A stretch of DNA of 64,000 nucleotides, taken from NCBI GenBank assembly GCA_965652295.1, contig CBFGTS010000002.1, positions 32,001 to 96,000 on the forward strand, read 5' to 3'. The translations under genes and the position numbers were made by a program. Shown piece by piece: positions 52,501 to 63,001 of this stretch. Positions within the stretch are counted from its first letter, which is position 1. Each line of letters starts with the position of its first letter. The DNA is from an uncultured Haloferula sp. (GTDB taxonomy: Bacteria; Verrucomicrobiota; Verrucomicrobiia; Verrucomicrobiales; Akkermansiaceae). Under the pieces are notes generated by a model. The model had not been told where the DNA came from. It worked only from the letters and a program-made list of their open reading frames with translations, and searched no databases.

Positions 52501-53521
52501 CCGGATCATTCCATGGCTTCTCGCCGGCTTGCTTGTGGCGGAGGCACCCGCCGCGAGAACCTTGGAGAGCGCCTACCGCATGGGAGGGCGGGAAATGCAT
52601 GCGGCCTTCGAGGAGGTCCAGCCCTACCTCCAGTCCGGGAGTGCGGTCTTCAAGCGCGGCACCCGCGAGGTGATTTTCGGAGTGGTCGTTTCCCGGGAGG
52701 GCCACGTTTTGACCAAAGCCAGCGAACTGGGGAAGATCGATGATCTGACCGTGACCATCGGAGACAAGACCTACGAGCTGCCGGTCCTGCTGGCCGTGGA
52801 TCCGGAGTGGGACGTGGCGCTGGTCAAGGTGTCGGCGACCGGAGTGACTCCCGTGGACCTCGGACGCATCGAGGACCTCAAGCGGGGCGAGTGGTTGGTG
52901 GCGAACGGAGCGACCAGCCGACGGTTTCGTCGGGTTCAAGTCGGCATGGTGGCCGCCAACACACGCGAAGTCCGGCCGAGCGGAGGTGCCGTGCTTGGGG
53001 TGGTTTTCGAGGAGAAGGAAGGTGGGGAAGGGGATGAAGGCTTGGTGATTTCGGCAGTGAGTGAAGGCAGCGGCGCGGAAAAGGCCGGCCTGAAGGAAGG
53101 CGATCGGATCCTGGAGATCGGAGGAGAGCCGATGCACTCGCGTGAGGAGATCATCGAGTTTCTGGAAAACCAGCGGGTCGGGCAAACGATCGAGGTGACG
53201 ATCGGCCGGGACGGGGTGGAAACCACGGTGGACGTCGTACTGGCCGGGCGGACGGAGGTTTTCGGCGAAGAGGAGACGCGCAACGATCACATGAGCGGGG
53301 ACTATTCGCTGCGCCGGACCGGTTTTCCGCGGGTGCTGCAGCATGACATCATCGGCAACAGCCGCTTCATGGGCGGCCCGGTGTTCGACCTCGAAGGCCG
53401 CTGTGTCGGAATGAACATCGCGCGTTTCAGCCGTTGCGAGACCTATGCGATCCCGACGAAGGAGCTGCGCGGGATCATCGGATCACTCATGGCGCAGGCC
53501 GAGCGGAAGGCGAGCGACTGA
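52493..53521 (+). CDS. PDZ-containing HtrA-like pseudoprotease
   Basis: Overlaps the previous gene. LTKASE replaces TxxHV and RFMGGP replaces GDSGGP; the PDZ domain interrupts the trypsin fold. Confidence 0.75.
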   Translation: MRDRIIPWLLAGLLVAEAPAARTLESAYRMGGREMHAAFEEVQPYLQSGSAVFKRGTREVIFGVVVSREGHVLTKASELGKIDDLTVTIGDKTYELPVLLAVDPEWDVALVKVSATGVTPVDLGRIEDLKRGEWLVANGATSRRFRRVQVGMVAANTREVRPSGGAVLGVVFEEKEGGEGDEGLVISAVSEGSGAEKAGLKEGDRILEIGGEPMHSREEIIEFLENQRVGQTIEVTIGRDGVETTVDVVLAGRTEVFGEEETRNDHMSGDYSLRRTGFPRVLQHDIIGNSRFMGGPVFDLEGRCVGMNIARFSRCETYAIPTKELRGIIGSLMAQAERKASD

Positions 53522-54620
53522 GCCAGGCGTCGATGCCGCCTGCGACATTGACGGCATCGAGCCCGAGATCGCGCAGCAGCTTCACGGCATGGGCGGAGCG
53601 GCCGCCGGATTTGCAATGGACGTAGATCCGACCTCGGTGGGGGACTTCGGCGAGACGCTTTTCAAGCTCGTGGAGAGGGATCAGCCGGCTGCCAGGGATG
53701 GAGGAAACGGCGTGCTCTTCCGGCCGGCGGACGTCGATCAAAGCGATGTCCGACTCAGTGAGGAGCGAGTCGAGTTCCTCCACGCAAATCGAGGGCATGT
53801 CCGGATCCGCCACCGCGCAGGAGGTGGGAGCAAGCGTCTCGGCGTTGTGAAGGGAGGTCACCGAGGGCGATTCTCCGCAAAGACGGCAGGCCGGGTCGGC
53901 CGCGAGACGGAGCGTGCGGAATGAAGTACGAAGTGCGTCGTAGCAAAGAAGCTTGCCGAGCGGCGGCTCGCCGAGCCCGAGCAGAAGCTTGATCGCTTCC
54001 ATGGCTTGCAGGCTGCCGATGATTCCCGGAAGCACGCCGAGCACCCCGGCTTCCTCGCAGCTCGGAGCCGCGCCGGGCGGGGGAACGGAAGGAAGCATGC
54101 AACGGTAACATGGGCCGCCGAGGTGCGGCGCGAAAACCGTGACCTGACCCTCGAAGCGGAAGATCGACCCATAAACGCAGGGTTTCCGCTGCATGAAGCA
54201 GACGTCGTTGGTGAGGAAGCGGGTCGGGAAATTGTCGCAGCCGTCGAGCACGAGGTCGTAGTCGCCCACAATCTCGCCGGCATTATCCGGAGTCAGCCGG
54301 CAGGCATGGGTCTCCACCTCGATGTGCGGGTTCACTTCGGCCAACCGCGCCGCGGCGCTGGCGAGCTTACGTTTGCCCACCCACGACTCGCCATGGAGAA
54401 TCTGGCGTTGGAGGTTCGAGCGATCGACGTGGTCGTCATCGACCAAGCCGATCCGTCCGACGCCGGCGGCGGCCAGATAGAGGGCGGCCGGCGAGCCGAG
54501 TCCGCCAGTGCCGACAAGCAGAACGGACGACGCCTTCAGCCGCTTTTGTCCGTCCAGCCCGATCCCGGGCACCGAAAGGTGGCGGGCGTAGCGTTCGAGT
54601 TCGGCGGTGGTCAGGTCCAT
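53487..54620 (-). CDS. moeB: Molybdopterin-synthase adenylyltransferase MoeB with rhodanese domain
   Basis: RYARH, GTGGLG, SNLQRQ, DGCDNF, CYRC, CRLC, HCKSGGRS. Confidence 0.93.
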   Translation of the reverse strand: MDLTTAELERYARHLSVPGIGLDGQKRLKASSVLLVGTGGLGSPAALYLAAAGVGRIGLVDDDHVDRSNLQRQILHGESWVGKRKLASAAARLAEVNPHIEVETHACRLTPDNAGEIVGDYDLVLDGCDNFPTRFLTNDVCFMQRKPCVYGSIFRFEGQVTVFAPHLGGPCYRCMLPSVPPPGAAPSCEEAGVLGVLPGIIGSLQAMEAIKLLLGLGEPPLGKLLCYDALRTSFRTLRLAADPACRLCGESPSVTSLHNAETLAPTSCAVADPDMPSICVEELDSLLTESDIALIDVRRPEEHAVSSIPGSRLIPLHELEKRLAEVPHRGRIYVHCKSGGRSAHAVKLLRDLGLDAVNVAGGIDAWLSRSPSARPAP

Positions 54621-54712
54621 GGGCGAGGGAAGCTATCCGTCGTTTCCGCCGTTTGGCAACTGCGGCGGATTCACCGCTTGACGCGGAGGCGGGCGGGTTG
54701 GAGGGAAGGGGC

Positions 54713-55294
54713 ATGGCAGAAACTCCGTCCACCTTCATGCTCCGCCCGGGCGACCCGGCACCTTCCTTCGAGCTGCCGGATCCGGCGGGCGGATTTCACC
54801 GTTTTGATTCGGTCGCCGGTCCGCGCGGCACGCTGGTGGTTTTCGCCTGCAATCACTGCCCCTACGTGATCCTTCTCGCCGACGTTCTGGGGAAACTCGC
54901 GGCGGAGTGGAAAACCAAGGGCATCGGCGTCGTCGCCATTTCCGCGAACGACGTTGCGAACTACCCGCAGGACGGGCCCGAGCACATGGCCGGCTTCGCC
55001 GAGACGCATGGGTGGAGTTTCCCCTACCTGCATGATGAGTCGCAGGAAACCGCCAAGGCCTATGGCGCGGCCTGTACGCCGGACTTTTTCCTCTTCGATG
55101 CCGACGGTCGCCTCTACTACGCCGGGCAGTTCGATGACTCGCGGCCGAAGAACGAAATCGAGCCGACCGGCAAGGACCTCGCCGCAGCGGTGAACGCGCT
55201 GCTTTCCGGAGACGAGTCGGCTCCGGCGGCCATGCCGAGCACCGGTTGCAACATCAAATGGAAGTCGGGGAACGAGCCTGTCTATTTCGGTTGA
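54713..55294 (+). CDS. Thioredoxin family (AhpC/TSA-like) protein
   Basis: CNHCPYV, YPQDGP, GAACTPDFF, GCNIKW. Confidence 0.92.
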   Translation: MAETPSTFMLRPGDPAPSFELPDPAGGFHRFDSVAGPRGTLVVFACNHCPYVILLADVLGKLAAEWKTKGIGVVAISANDVANYPQDGPEHMAGFAETHGWSFPYLHDESQETAKAYGAACTPDFFLFDADGRLYYAGQFDDSRPKNEIEPTGKDLAAAVNALLSGDESAPAAMPSTGCNIKWKSGNEPVYFG

Positions 55295-55357
55295 AATCAA
55301 GCGGTGGCGGGAATCGATGGCCTCGATGGTTGCGCCCGCCGTCCCGCAGGAGCTAGC

Positions 55358-56410
55358 ATGATTCCAATGGACGCCATCATCAACCAACTCGAAGCAGGGG
55401 ACGAACTGGGCCCGCGTCAGATCGAAGTCGCGGCCAACCTGCTCCTCGACGGTTCGGCGGATGAAGCGAAGAAACTGCGGTTGCTCCAAGCTCTTTCCGC
55501 CAAAGGCGAAACGCCTGCGGAGATCGCCGGTTTCGTGGAAGCTTTCCTGGAGCACGCGGTGAATCCCCACGTCGGGCTGGCGGATATCGAGGGCCCCACG
55601 ATCGACGTCTGCGGCACCGGCGGCGACAAGCTGAACCTCTTCAACGTCTCCACCACGGCGATGTTCGTCGTGGCCGCGGCCGGGGCGGTGGTGGTGAAGC
55701 ATGGCAACCGCGGCATCACCTCGAAGAGCGGTGGCGCCGACGTTCTGGAAGCATTGGGAGTCAAGATCGACCTGCCCGCCGACGGCTTCCGCAGATGTTT
55801 GGAAGAGGCGGGCGTCGGCTTTCTTTTCGCACCGTCATATCATCCCGCCTTCAAGGCCGTCGCGGGTGTTCGCAAAACCCTCGCCGAACAGGGGGTGAGA
55901 ACGATTTTTAATCTGATCGGACCACTCCTCAACCCGGCCAGGCCGCAGTGCCAGCTGGTCGGCGTATTCGATCGGGCTCTCTGCCCCGCCTTCGCGGAGA
56001 TCCTCCAGAGGCTCGGACGCGAAAGCGCATGGGTCGTCCACGGAACCACCAGTGATGGACGCTCGGTCGATGAAGTCAGCCTGCTGGGCTCCACCCGCAT
56101 CTGCAAGGCGGGCACCATGCAGGACCTTCTGGACGAGGAAATCCGACCGCGCGATCTCGGCATGGCGCACGCGGAGCTGAAAGACCTGCAGGGAGGCGAC
56201 GCGACGGTCAACGCTGCCATCCTCGAATCAATCCTCGCCGGCAAGGACACCGGCCCGAAGGCCGAAATGGTGGTGCTCAACGCAGGGGTTGCGATTGCCT
56301 GCTGCGGCTTGGCCGATGACATAGGCGGCGGCATCGAGCTGGCGCGCACTGTGATCGATGATGGCAGCGCGCTCGACCGGCTGCGACGGCTCCAGGCAGC
56401 GGCGCGGTGA
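55358..56410 (+). CDS. trpD: Anthranilate phosphoribosyltransferase
   Basis: DVCGTGGD, FNVST, KHGNR, RTIFNLIGPLLNP; AGGAG RBS before ATG 55358. Confidence 0.96.
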   Translation: MIPMDAIINQLEAGDELGPRQIEVAANLLLDGSADEAKKLRLLQALSAKGETPAEIAGFVEAFLEHAVNPHVGLADIEGPTIDVCGTGGDKLNLFNVSTTAMFVVAAAGAVVVKHGNRGITSKSGGADVLEALGVKIDLPADGFRRCLEEAGVGFLFAPSYHPAFKAVAGVRKTLAEQGVRTIFNLIGPLLNPARPQCQLVGVFDRALCPAFAEILQRLGRESAWVVHGTTSDGRSVDEVSLLGSTRICKAGTMQDLLDEEIRPRDLGMAHAELKDLQGGDATVNAAILESILAGKDTGPKAEMVVLNAGVAIACCGLADDIGGGIELARTVIDDGSALDRLRRLQAAAR

Positions 56411-56411
56411 T

Positions 56412-57683
56412 TCAGTTCACCGTGGGGGTGATCGTGAACGCGCCTGTGGTCGCGCGGAAGGCGTCGCGCATCTTCATCTTCTTGCGCTCGTGACCCGCAC
56501 CCCAGGAGTCGGTGAAAATGATTTTCCCCTCCTTCTGGTTGTAGCCGATGATCATCCGCATGTGGCCACCCCGAAGCTGCGGGGCGATCGCCGGTTCCTC
56601 AGGATAGCGACCGAGTTCCAGTGACCAGAGGATGGGAATTCCGGCATCGATATGACGGATGAGCTGGCGTTCGAAGTCACCTTCATCGAATTCCGAGCCC
56701 GCTTCGAATCGGTCGCCCGAGCGGATCTTCACGCTGTACAGCCGACCGCTGGTGAAACGGGCACCGAGGACGTCGAAGCGCGTCTTGAAGCGATAGTCGA
56801 TCTTGCCGAGCAGGCCCATGATCGCGATGGACGAGGTGCCCTGTTCGGCGTCGGATTCGGCCATTTCCGCGAGCTGGTGCTGATCGCAGGGAATCCCGTA
56901 GTGCTCGAAAAGACGCTGCACGGAGGCGACCACGCAATAGCCCTTGGGTCCCTGATCGACCATGGGGATGTCCTTGATCCAAACATCGCCGCCTTGGCGG
57001 GTCACGAAATCGGAGAGATCCGACTTGCGGACGCGGCTGCCGTTTCCGGAGCGGACCGAGTTGGCGATCGGGCCGGTGGCGCGTGTGGGTGCCACCCGTA
57101 GACGTAGGAACTCCAGTGTGCCCTGATCCGCCTCCGGATTGCGTTCGAGTACGGCCATGCTTTGGCGGTCGCTCCAGCTCCAGCCCTCGGTCAGCAGCCC
57201 TTGGCGGGCATCCGGCTCGCGGGCCATCGGCCGACCTTCGATCAGCGAGCCCATGTGTTGACCGGTGCTGATGAAGCGGTCTTCGAACTCCGAAGCGGTG
57301 ACGTCCTTGCTATCGGCCCGGTTGTAAATGCTGATGCTGACCCCGCTGATCGCGCCATCGGCGAAATCCACGGTGACTTCCTCACACGCCACCTTGCCAT
57401 CGAAGAGGTCGAACACGACGGGGGTTTCGCCGAAGGCGGGCTTCATGAACACCGCGCGATCCCGGTTCTTCGTCAGCCAGGCGAAACAGAAAGGATTGCC
57501 GTTTTTGTCGCCACTCTTCGCTCCGGGACGGGCGAAGGTTTTTTCAAACTGATCCTGATTGATCGAGAACGCGGCGGGAATTTCCAGCAGGGGGTCGAAG
57601 TGAACCCGGACACCGCTATCATCCGATTCGACTTGGGAAAAACCGAGTGTGGTTCCGAGGGTGAGGACGAGCAGGCATCGCAT
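56412..57683 (-). CDS. Secreted protein with C-terminal C39-like (papain-fold) peptidase
   Basis: Signal peptide; DQGPKGYCVVAS (Q, C), GHMRMIIGYN (H), FTDSWG (D). Confidence 0.8.
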   Translation of the reverse strand: MRCLLVLTLGTTLGFSQVESDDSGVRVHFDPLLEIPAAFSINQDQFEKTFARPGAKSGDKNGNPFCFAWLTKNRDRAVFMKPAFGETPVVFDLFDGKVACEEVTVDFADGAISGVSISIYNRADSKDVTASEFEDRFISTGQHMGSLIEGRPMAREPDARQGLLTEGWSWSDRQSMAVLERNPEADQGTLEFLRLRVAPTRATGPIANSVRSGNGSRVRKSDLSDFVTRQGGDVWIKDIPMVDQGPKGYCVVASVQRLFEHYGIPCDQHQLAEMAESDAEQGTSSIAIMGLLGKIDYRFKTRFDVLGARFTSGRLYSVKIRSGDRFEAGSEFDEGDFERQLIRHIDAGIPILWSLELGRYPEEPAIAPQLRGGHMRMIIGYNQKEGKIIFTDSWGAGHERKKMKMRDAFRATTGAFTITPTVN

Positions 57684-57751
57684 GACGGCACGAGCTTGGC
57701 ACGATCGCGTCCGGTCTCCAAGGATCGATCACCTTGGGGATTTTCGCGGAA

Positions 57752-59323
57752 TCAGCCCAGAAGCCAGAGGAGCGGCTTCGGGAAAACCCCGAAAACCAGG
57801 ATGGCGACGCCGAGCGTGATCACGACCGTGCGGCTGATGACCGGCAGTGCGATGGCAGCGGATTTCTCCGGAGCGTCCACCCACCAGATCGCGCGGATGA
57901 GCTTGAAATAGTAATAGAAACCGGCCGCGGCGCCGATCGTGGCGGCGGCGACGCACCACCAGAGCCCCTGATTCACGGCGAGGGAGAAGACGAAGAACTT
58001 GCCCCAGAAGCCAACGGTGAGCGGCACGCCCGCCATGGCGGCCATGATGATCGTCAGCGTGTGCGCGAGCAGCGGTGAACGCTGGCCGAGACCATTGAAG
58101 GCGTCGATTTCCTCGGATCCGCTCTGAATCCGAACCTGCGCGAGGATGAAGAACGCCGCCAGCGTCATGATGAGGTAAGTGGCGAGGTAGAAACCGACCG
58201 TTTTGATCGAACCGGGATCGGTCGCGGATTCGCCGCCCCAAGCGGCGAGCGCGAGGACCAGGAAGCCGGCATGGGCGATCGATGAATAGGCCAGCAGGCG
58301 CTTGAAATTCGATTGGGCGATGGCGGCAAGATTGCCGACCAGCAAGGTGGCGCCCGCAATGAGGGCGAGCATCAGAAGAACCTGGGCGGCGACCGGTGAG
58401 CCGGGTTGCAGGAAGGGTTCGAGGAAACGGATGAGCAGCACGAAGCCGGCGGCCTTCGAGCCAACGGAAAGGAAGGCGGTGGTGGGGGTTGGCGCGCCTT
58501 GGTAGACGTCGGGGATCCAGACCTGCATCGGCACGGCGCCGATCTTGAAGGCGAGGGCGACGAGAACGAGTCCGATGCCCAGAAGGAGGGCGGGGCTCGC
58601 GGTGGTCATGCCGACAAGGGTTTCCCGGGTTTCTGGCGTGGTTGAGGTGATCGCGGCAGGGGTGCCAATGGCTCCCTCAATCGGGGCGAGCTGGGCGTTG
58701 TCCACCAGTGCGCGGCCGATTTCATTGAGATTCATCGTGCCTGTGGCTCCGTAGATCCAGGCGATGCCGTAAACGAGGAAGCCGGTGCTGAGCGCGCCGA
58801 GGATGAGGTATTTCACGCCGGCCTCAAGCGAACCGGAGTTGCGGCGGAGATAGGCGACCAGAACATAGAAAGTGACGGTGACCAGTTCAAGGGCGACGAA
58901 CGCTCCGGCGAGGTCCTTGGCGGACGCCATCCACATCATGCCGGCACAGGCGAAGACGGGCAGGACGTAGTATTCCCCGGTGGCCGCTTCACTTTCCGGA
59001 TGGTCGGTGAAACGAGCGAGGATCGAGCGGTAATCGAGCGCGAGCAGGACGACCAGCGCAGTGGTGACGAGCGCGAAACCCTTGTAAAAGCGGGCGGTGG
59101 CGTCGAATTCATAGAGATTCCAGAGCTGCCAGGTATCCCAGGTGGCATCGGGCGAAGCCTTGTCGGGACCGATGGCGAACAGGTTGAGGATGAAGATGAA
59201 TCCCAGTCCAAATACGGCAAAGATGCCGATGTGGCGCTTGGTGTGCGCGGGGCCGAACGCTTCGAGCATCAGGAGCACGATACCGAGCGTGACGGTGAGG
59301 GCTTCGAGGTAGTAGGCGGGCAT
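57752..59323 (-). CDS. nuoN: NADH-quinone oxidoreductase subunit N
   Basis: EAGVKYLILG, FKIGAVP, WIPDVYQGAP, KRLLAYSSIAHAG. Confidence 0.96.
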   Translation of the reverse strand: MPAYYLEALTVTLGIVLLMLEAFGPAHTKRHIGIFAVFGLGFIFILNLFAIGPDKASPDATWDTWQLWNLYEFDATARFYKGFALVTTALVVLLALDYRSILARFTDHPESEAATGEYYVLPVFACAGMMWMASAKDLAGAFVALELVTVTFYVLVAYLRRNSGSLEAGVKYLILGALSTGFLVYGIAWIYGATGTMNLNEIGRALVDNAQLAPIEGAIGTPAAITSTTPETRETLVGMTTASPALLLGIGLVLVALAFKIGAVPMQVWIPDVYQGAPTPTTAFLSVGSKAAGFVLLIRFLEPFLQPGSPVAAQVLLMLALIAGATLLVGNLAAIAQSNFKRLLAYSSIAHAGFLVLALAAWGGESATDPGSIKTVGFYLATYLIMTLAAFFILAQVRIQSGSEEIDAFNGLGQRSPLLAHTLTIIMAAMAGVPLTVGFWGKFFVFSLAVNQGLWWCVAAATIGAAAGFYYYFKLIRAIWWVDAPEKSAAIALPVISRTVVITLGVAILVFGVFPKPLLWLLG

Positions 59324-59354
59324 GGGAAAATAAGTCTTACTGGTCCTATGGGTC

Positions 59355-60788
59355 CTATTTCAGGAGGCTCAGAAGCAGATTGGGGAAAATACCGACGGCG
59401 AGCAGCACGGCGGCGAGTAGCAGAGCGGGCGCGCGCTCGGCGAGCGTGAGGTCGCTGGCTCCTTCGGTGGTCGACCGGGTGGGCCCTTGGAAGGTGTTGC
59501 GGAAGGCGCGGAGGCCGTAAACGGCGCTGATGACCACGCCCCAGATGGCCAGGATGCAGGTGATCTGTACCGGACCGAGCCCGACGGCCGCGTCATAGTT
59601 GCGGAAGGAGGAAATGAAGACCATGACCTCGCCAGCGAAGTTGGCGAGGCCGGGCAGGCCGATGCTGGCCATGGTGACCAGCCCGAAGAGGAACGCGAGG
59701 CCGGGAGCCGGCTTGGCGAGACCGCCGAGGTCGGCGAGGTCGAGCGAACCGGTGCGGCGCTCGATGCGGTCGGCGAGGCCGAAGCTCATGGCGATCGAGA
59801 TGCCGTGCGCGAACATCAGGAGCACGGCCGCGGGCAGGGCGAGATCATTTTCCGGCGAAGCCGCGAGTGCTGCGATGGCCAGGAAGATGTAGCCCATGTG
59901 CATCACCGAGGAGTTGCCAAGCAGGGTGTCGAGGCGCTTCTGGTTGATGGTCACGAAGCCGACCCAGAGGATGTTGCCGAGGAGCAGCACGCAGAGCGGG
60001 GTGAGCCAGGCGTTCATGCCCTCGGGCACCAGCGGGATGGCGAGGCGCAGGAGACCGTAGAGGCCGAACTTTTTCAGCACGCCGGCGTGGAGCATGGCGG
60101 TGGGTGCCGGGGCGCTGGCGTAGGCGGGCGCGGCCCAGGAGTGGAAAGGGAAGAGCGAGACGAGGACGCCGAAGCCGACGATCAGCAGAGCGGCGATGCC
60201 CTTCTGTGCGGCGGGATCGACAGGGCCGTTTTCGAGCATCTGGGGAATACTGAAAGTGCCGGCGAGATTGGCGAGCCAGAGGAGACCGGCGAGCAGGACG
60301 AGGGATCCGAAGCCGAGATAGACGGTGATTTTCCAGGCGATCGTCCGGCGGTCGCCGCGACCCATCATGCCAATCATGAGGAAGGTCGGGATCAGGGCGA
60401 GCTCGTGAAAAGCGTAGAAGAAGAACAGGTCGGTGGCGACGAATGCTCCGATCGCGCCGGCAGCGATGAGCAGCGATGAAACGTAGTAGAGCTTTTCACG
60501 CCCCTCAGGGGCCTTGCCGGAAAGCACGGCGGCCATCGTCACGATAACCGCGAGCAGCAGCATCACGACGCTCATGCCGTCATCGTAGAGGCCGAGCGAA
60601 AGGTGGATCGCCGGGGTTTCGACGACCGCCAGCGAAAAGTTCCAGAATCCGGCATCGGCCGTGAACGCGGCGGCGATGCCGAGGGCGAGGTTGATGCCGG
60701 CGGCGGTGAGGGCGGCGAGCCGGGGCTGCGTGCCGCCAAGGATCGCGAAGGCCGCGAGGATCGGGATGAGGACGAGGGCGAGAAGCAT
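59355..60788 (-). CDS. nuoM: NADH-quinone oxidoreductase subunit M
   Basis: FFYAFHELALIP, PFHSW, GLPGLANFAGE; operon position. Confidence 0.93.
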   Translation of the reverse strand: MLLALVLIPILAAFAILGGTQPRLAALTAAGINLALGIAAAFTADAGFWNFSLAVVETPAIHLSLGLYDDGMSVVMLLLAVIVTMAAVLSGKAPEGREKLYYVSSLLIAAGAIGAFVATDLFFFYAFHELALIPTFLMIGMMGRGDRRTIAWKITVYLGFGSLVLLAGLLWLANLAGTFSIPQMLENGPVDPAAQKGIAALLIVGFGVLVSLFPFHSWAAPAYASAPAPTAMLHAGVLKKFGLYGLLRLAIPLVPEGMNAWLTPLCVLLLGNILWVGFVTINQKRLDTLLGNSSVMHMGYIFLAIAALAASPENDLALPAAVLLMFAHGISIAMSFGLADRIERRTGSLDLADLGGLAKPAPGLAFLFGLVTMASIGLPGLANFAGEVMVFISSFRNYDAAVGLGPVQITCILAIWGVVISAVYGLRAFRNTFQGPTRSTTEGASDLTLAERAPALLLAAVLLAVGIFPNLLLSLLK

Positions 60789-60803
60789 GGGAAAACCGGG
60801 CGC

Positions 60804-62630
60804 TTAGTTCCAGAAAGCGGTGAAATAAATGACGAGCACCACACCGATTCCGAGCAGGAAGGCGTAGCCTTGGAGGTTGCCGCCCTGGGCGCGGCGGAAC
60901 AGGTTGCCGAACGATTGCGAGAGGCGGGTGGAGCCACCAACCAGCAGGCCGCTGATCACCCATTCGTCGAAAAAGTGGACCACGGCGGCGAGTCCGTCCT
61001 GCAGCACGCGGACGATGCCTTTCTCGTAGAAGGCGTCGATGTAGAAGCGGTTCTTGAGCAAAGGAAGGCTGATCGGGTCCCTGTCCTTTCCGGAGTAGAG
61101 GATGAAGCCGAGGACGAGACCCGCGACGAGGGCGGCGATCGAGGCTCCGAGGATGATCATGTGGCCCTCGGCGTGCTCGCCGTGATGGAGTGCGCGGGGA
61201 TCGATGGCGTTGAGCGGTCCGGTCAGCCAAGCCGAACCGAGGGCCATGGCGGCGAGGACCACCAGCGGGACCCACATCAGCAGACCCACCTCCTTGGCGT
61301 GATCGGCTCCGTGCTCCCGCGGTTTTCCAAGGAAGGCGACCACGAAGGCGCGGGTCATGTAGAAGGTGGTGAGGAAGGCGACGAAAACCGCGATGCCGAA
61401 CAGGATCTTGTTGTTCTGATAGGCGGCGGCGAGGATCTCCTCCTTGGAGTAGAAGCCGGAGGTCACGAAGGGCACGGCGATGAGCGCCGCGGTGCCGATG
61501 GCGAAGGTGATGCCGGTGATGGGCATCTTCTTCAGCAGGCCGCCCATTTTCCAAATGTCCTGCTCGTGGTGGCAGGCGTAGATGACCGCACCGGAGCCGA
61601 GGAAAAGGAGCGCCTTGAACCAGGCGTGAGTGAAGAGGTGAAACATTCCGGCGTCGCCGCCACCAAGGCCCACGGCCATGACCATGTAACCGAGCTGCGA
61701 GAGGGTGGAGTAAGCCAACACGCGCTTTATGTCGTTCTGCTGCGTGGCCATCAGCGCGGCGCAAAGCGAGGTGAAGCCGCCGACCCAGGCGATGGTGGTC
61801 CCGGCGATGCCGGCGAAGGCTTCGGGGCCGAGCTCCACCTGCACGCGGAAGAGCATGTAAACGCCGGCGGCGACCATGGTTGCGGCGTGGATAAGCGCGG
61901 AGACCGGCGTCGGGCCTTCCATCGCGTCGGGCAGCCAGACGTGGAGCGGCATTTGGGCGGACTTCCCGACCGCGCCGCAGAAGACACAGAGGACCGCGGT
62001 GGCGACCAGGCCGCCGACGGTGCCGGGATGGGCGGCGGCAAAGGTCGCGAGGCCGGACTCCATTTCGTCGAAGACAAAAGTGCCGGTGAGCCCGAAGATC
62101 AGCAGGATGCCGACAATGAAGCCGAAGTCACCGATGCGGTTCACCATGAAGGCTTTGTTGGCGGCGTCAGCGGCGGAGTCCTTCTGATACCAGTGACCGA
62201 TCAGGAGGTAGGAGGAAAGACCGACCAGCTCCCAAAAAATGAAGGTCATGATGAAATTTCCGGCGAGGACGATGCCGGTCATCGAGAACATGAAGAGCGA
62301 AAGGCCGGTGAAATAACGGGCCTTGGCGGCGTCGTCGGCCATGTAGGCCAGGGAGAAGATGTGGACCAGAGTGCCGATACCGGTGACCACGATCATCATG
62401 CCGGTGGAAAGCGGATCGAGCTTCAGGTGGATCGGCAGGGAGAAGTCGCCGATGTTGATCCAGTTGAAAGCGGCCGTGGTTTCGTCCTTTTCGAGAAGGA
62501 GGAAGGAAATGATCAGCGTCGCGGCCACCGATGCCACGGAAAGCATCGAAGCCAGGAAGGCGTTTCGCTTCAGGTAAAGCTGGTTCACCGCTGCGGCGCA
62601 GAGGGGAAGGAGAAGGAGAAGCCAGGGCAT
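60804..62630 (-). CDS. nuoL: NADH-quinone oxidoreductase subunit L
   Basis: WELVGLSSYLLIG, NRIGDFG, GKSAQMPLHVWLPDAMEGPTPVSALIHAATMV. Confidence 0.97.
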   Translation of the reverse strand: MPWLLLLLPLCAAAVNQLYLKRNAFLASMLSVASVAATLIISFLLLEKDETTAAFNWINIGDFSLPIHLKLDPLSTGMMIVVTGIGTLVHIFSLAYMADDAAKARYFTGLSLFMFSMTGIVLAGNFIMTFIFWELVGLSSYLLIGHWYQKDSAADAANKAFMVNRIGDFGFIVGILLIFGLTGTFVFDEMESGLATFAAAHPGTVGGLVATAVLCVFCGAVGKSAQMPLHVWLPDAMEGPTPVSALIHAATMVAAGVYMLFRVQVELGPEAFAGIAGTTIAWVGGFTSLCAALMATQQNDIKRVLAYSTLSQLGYMVMAVGLGGGDAGMFHLFTHAWFKALLFLGSGAVIYACHHEQDIWKMGGLLKKMPITGITFAIGTAALIAVPFVTSGFYSKEEILAAAYQNNKILFGIAVFVAFLTTFYMTRAFVVAFLGKPREHGADHAKEVGLLMWVPLVVLAAMALGSAWLTGPLNAIDPRALHHGEHAEGHMIILGASIAALVAGLVLGFILYSGKDRDPISLPLLKNRFYIDAFYEKGIVRVLQDGLAAVVHFFDEWVISGLLVGGSTRLSQSFGNLFRRAQGGNLQGYAFLLGIGVVLVIYFTAFWN

Positions 62631-62680
62631 GGAAGACGGATGTTAGGTCGGAAATGGAGAGATCTCTTCGAGGGCGAGAT

Positions 62681-62998
62681 TCAGTCCCTGAGGGTCGTCA
62701 GATCGTCGGTGTGGATCGTCTGCCGGGCGCGATAGAGGGCGACGATGATGGCGAGGCCGACGGCCACCTCGGCGGCGGCGACGGTGATGACGAAGAACAC
62801 GAGCATTTGGCCGTGGTAGTCAGGGAGGCCGTTGGACCCGTTGAAACGCGAGAAGGCAACCAGCGTCAGGTTCGCGGCGCTGAGCATCAGCTCAAGGCAC
62901 ATGAAGACGACGATGATGTTTCGGCGGAGCACCACTCCGGCCAGGCCGATGGCGAAAAGGAGGCCGGAGACGAGAAGATAGGAATGCAGACTGGCCAT
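62681..62998 (-). CDS. nuoK: NADH-quinone oxidoreductase subunit K
   Basis: [27 protein letters not shown]. Confidence 0.96.
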   Translation of the reverse strand: MASLHSYLLVSGLLFAIGLAGVVLRRNIIVVFMCLELMLSAANLTLVAFSRFNGSNGLPDYHGQMLVFFVITVAAAEVAVGLAIIVALYRARQTIHTDDLTTLRD

Positions 62999-63001
62999 GG
63001 C

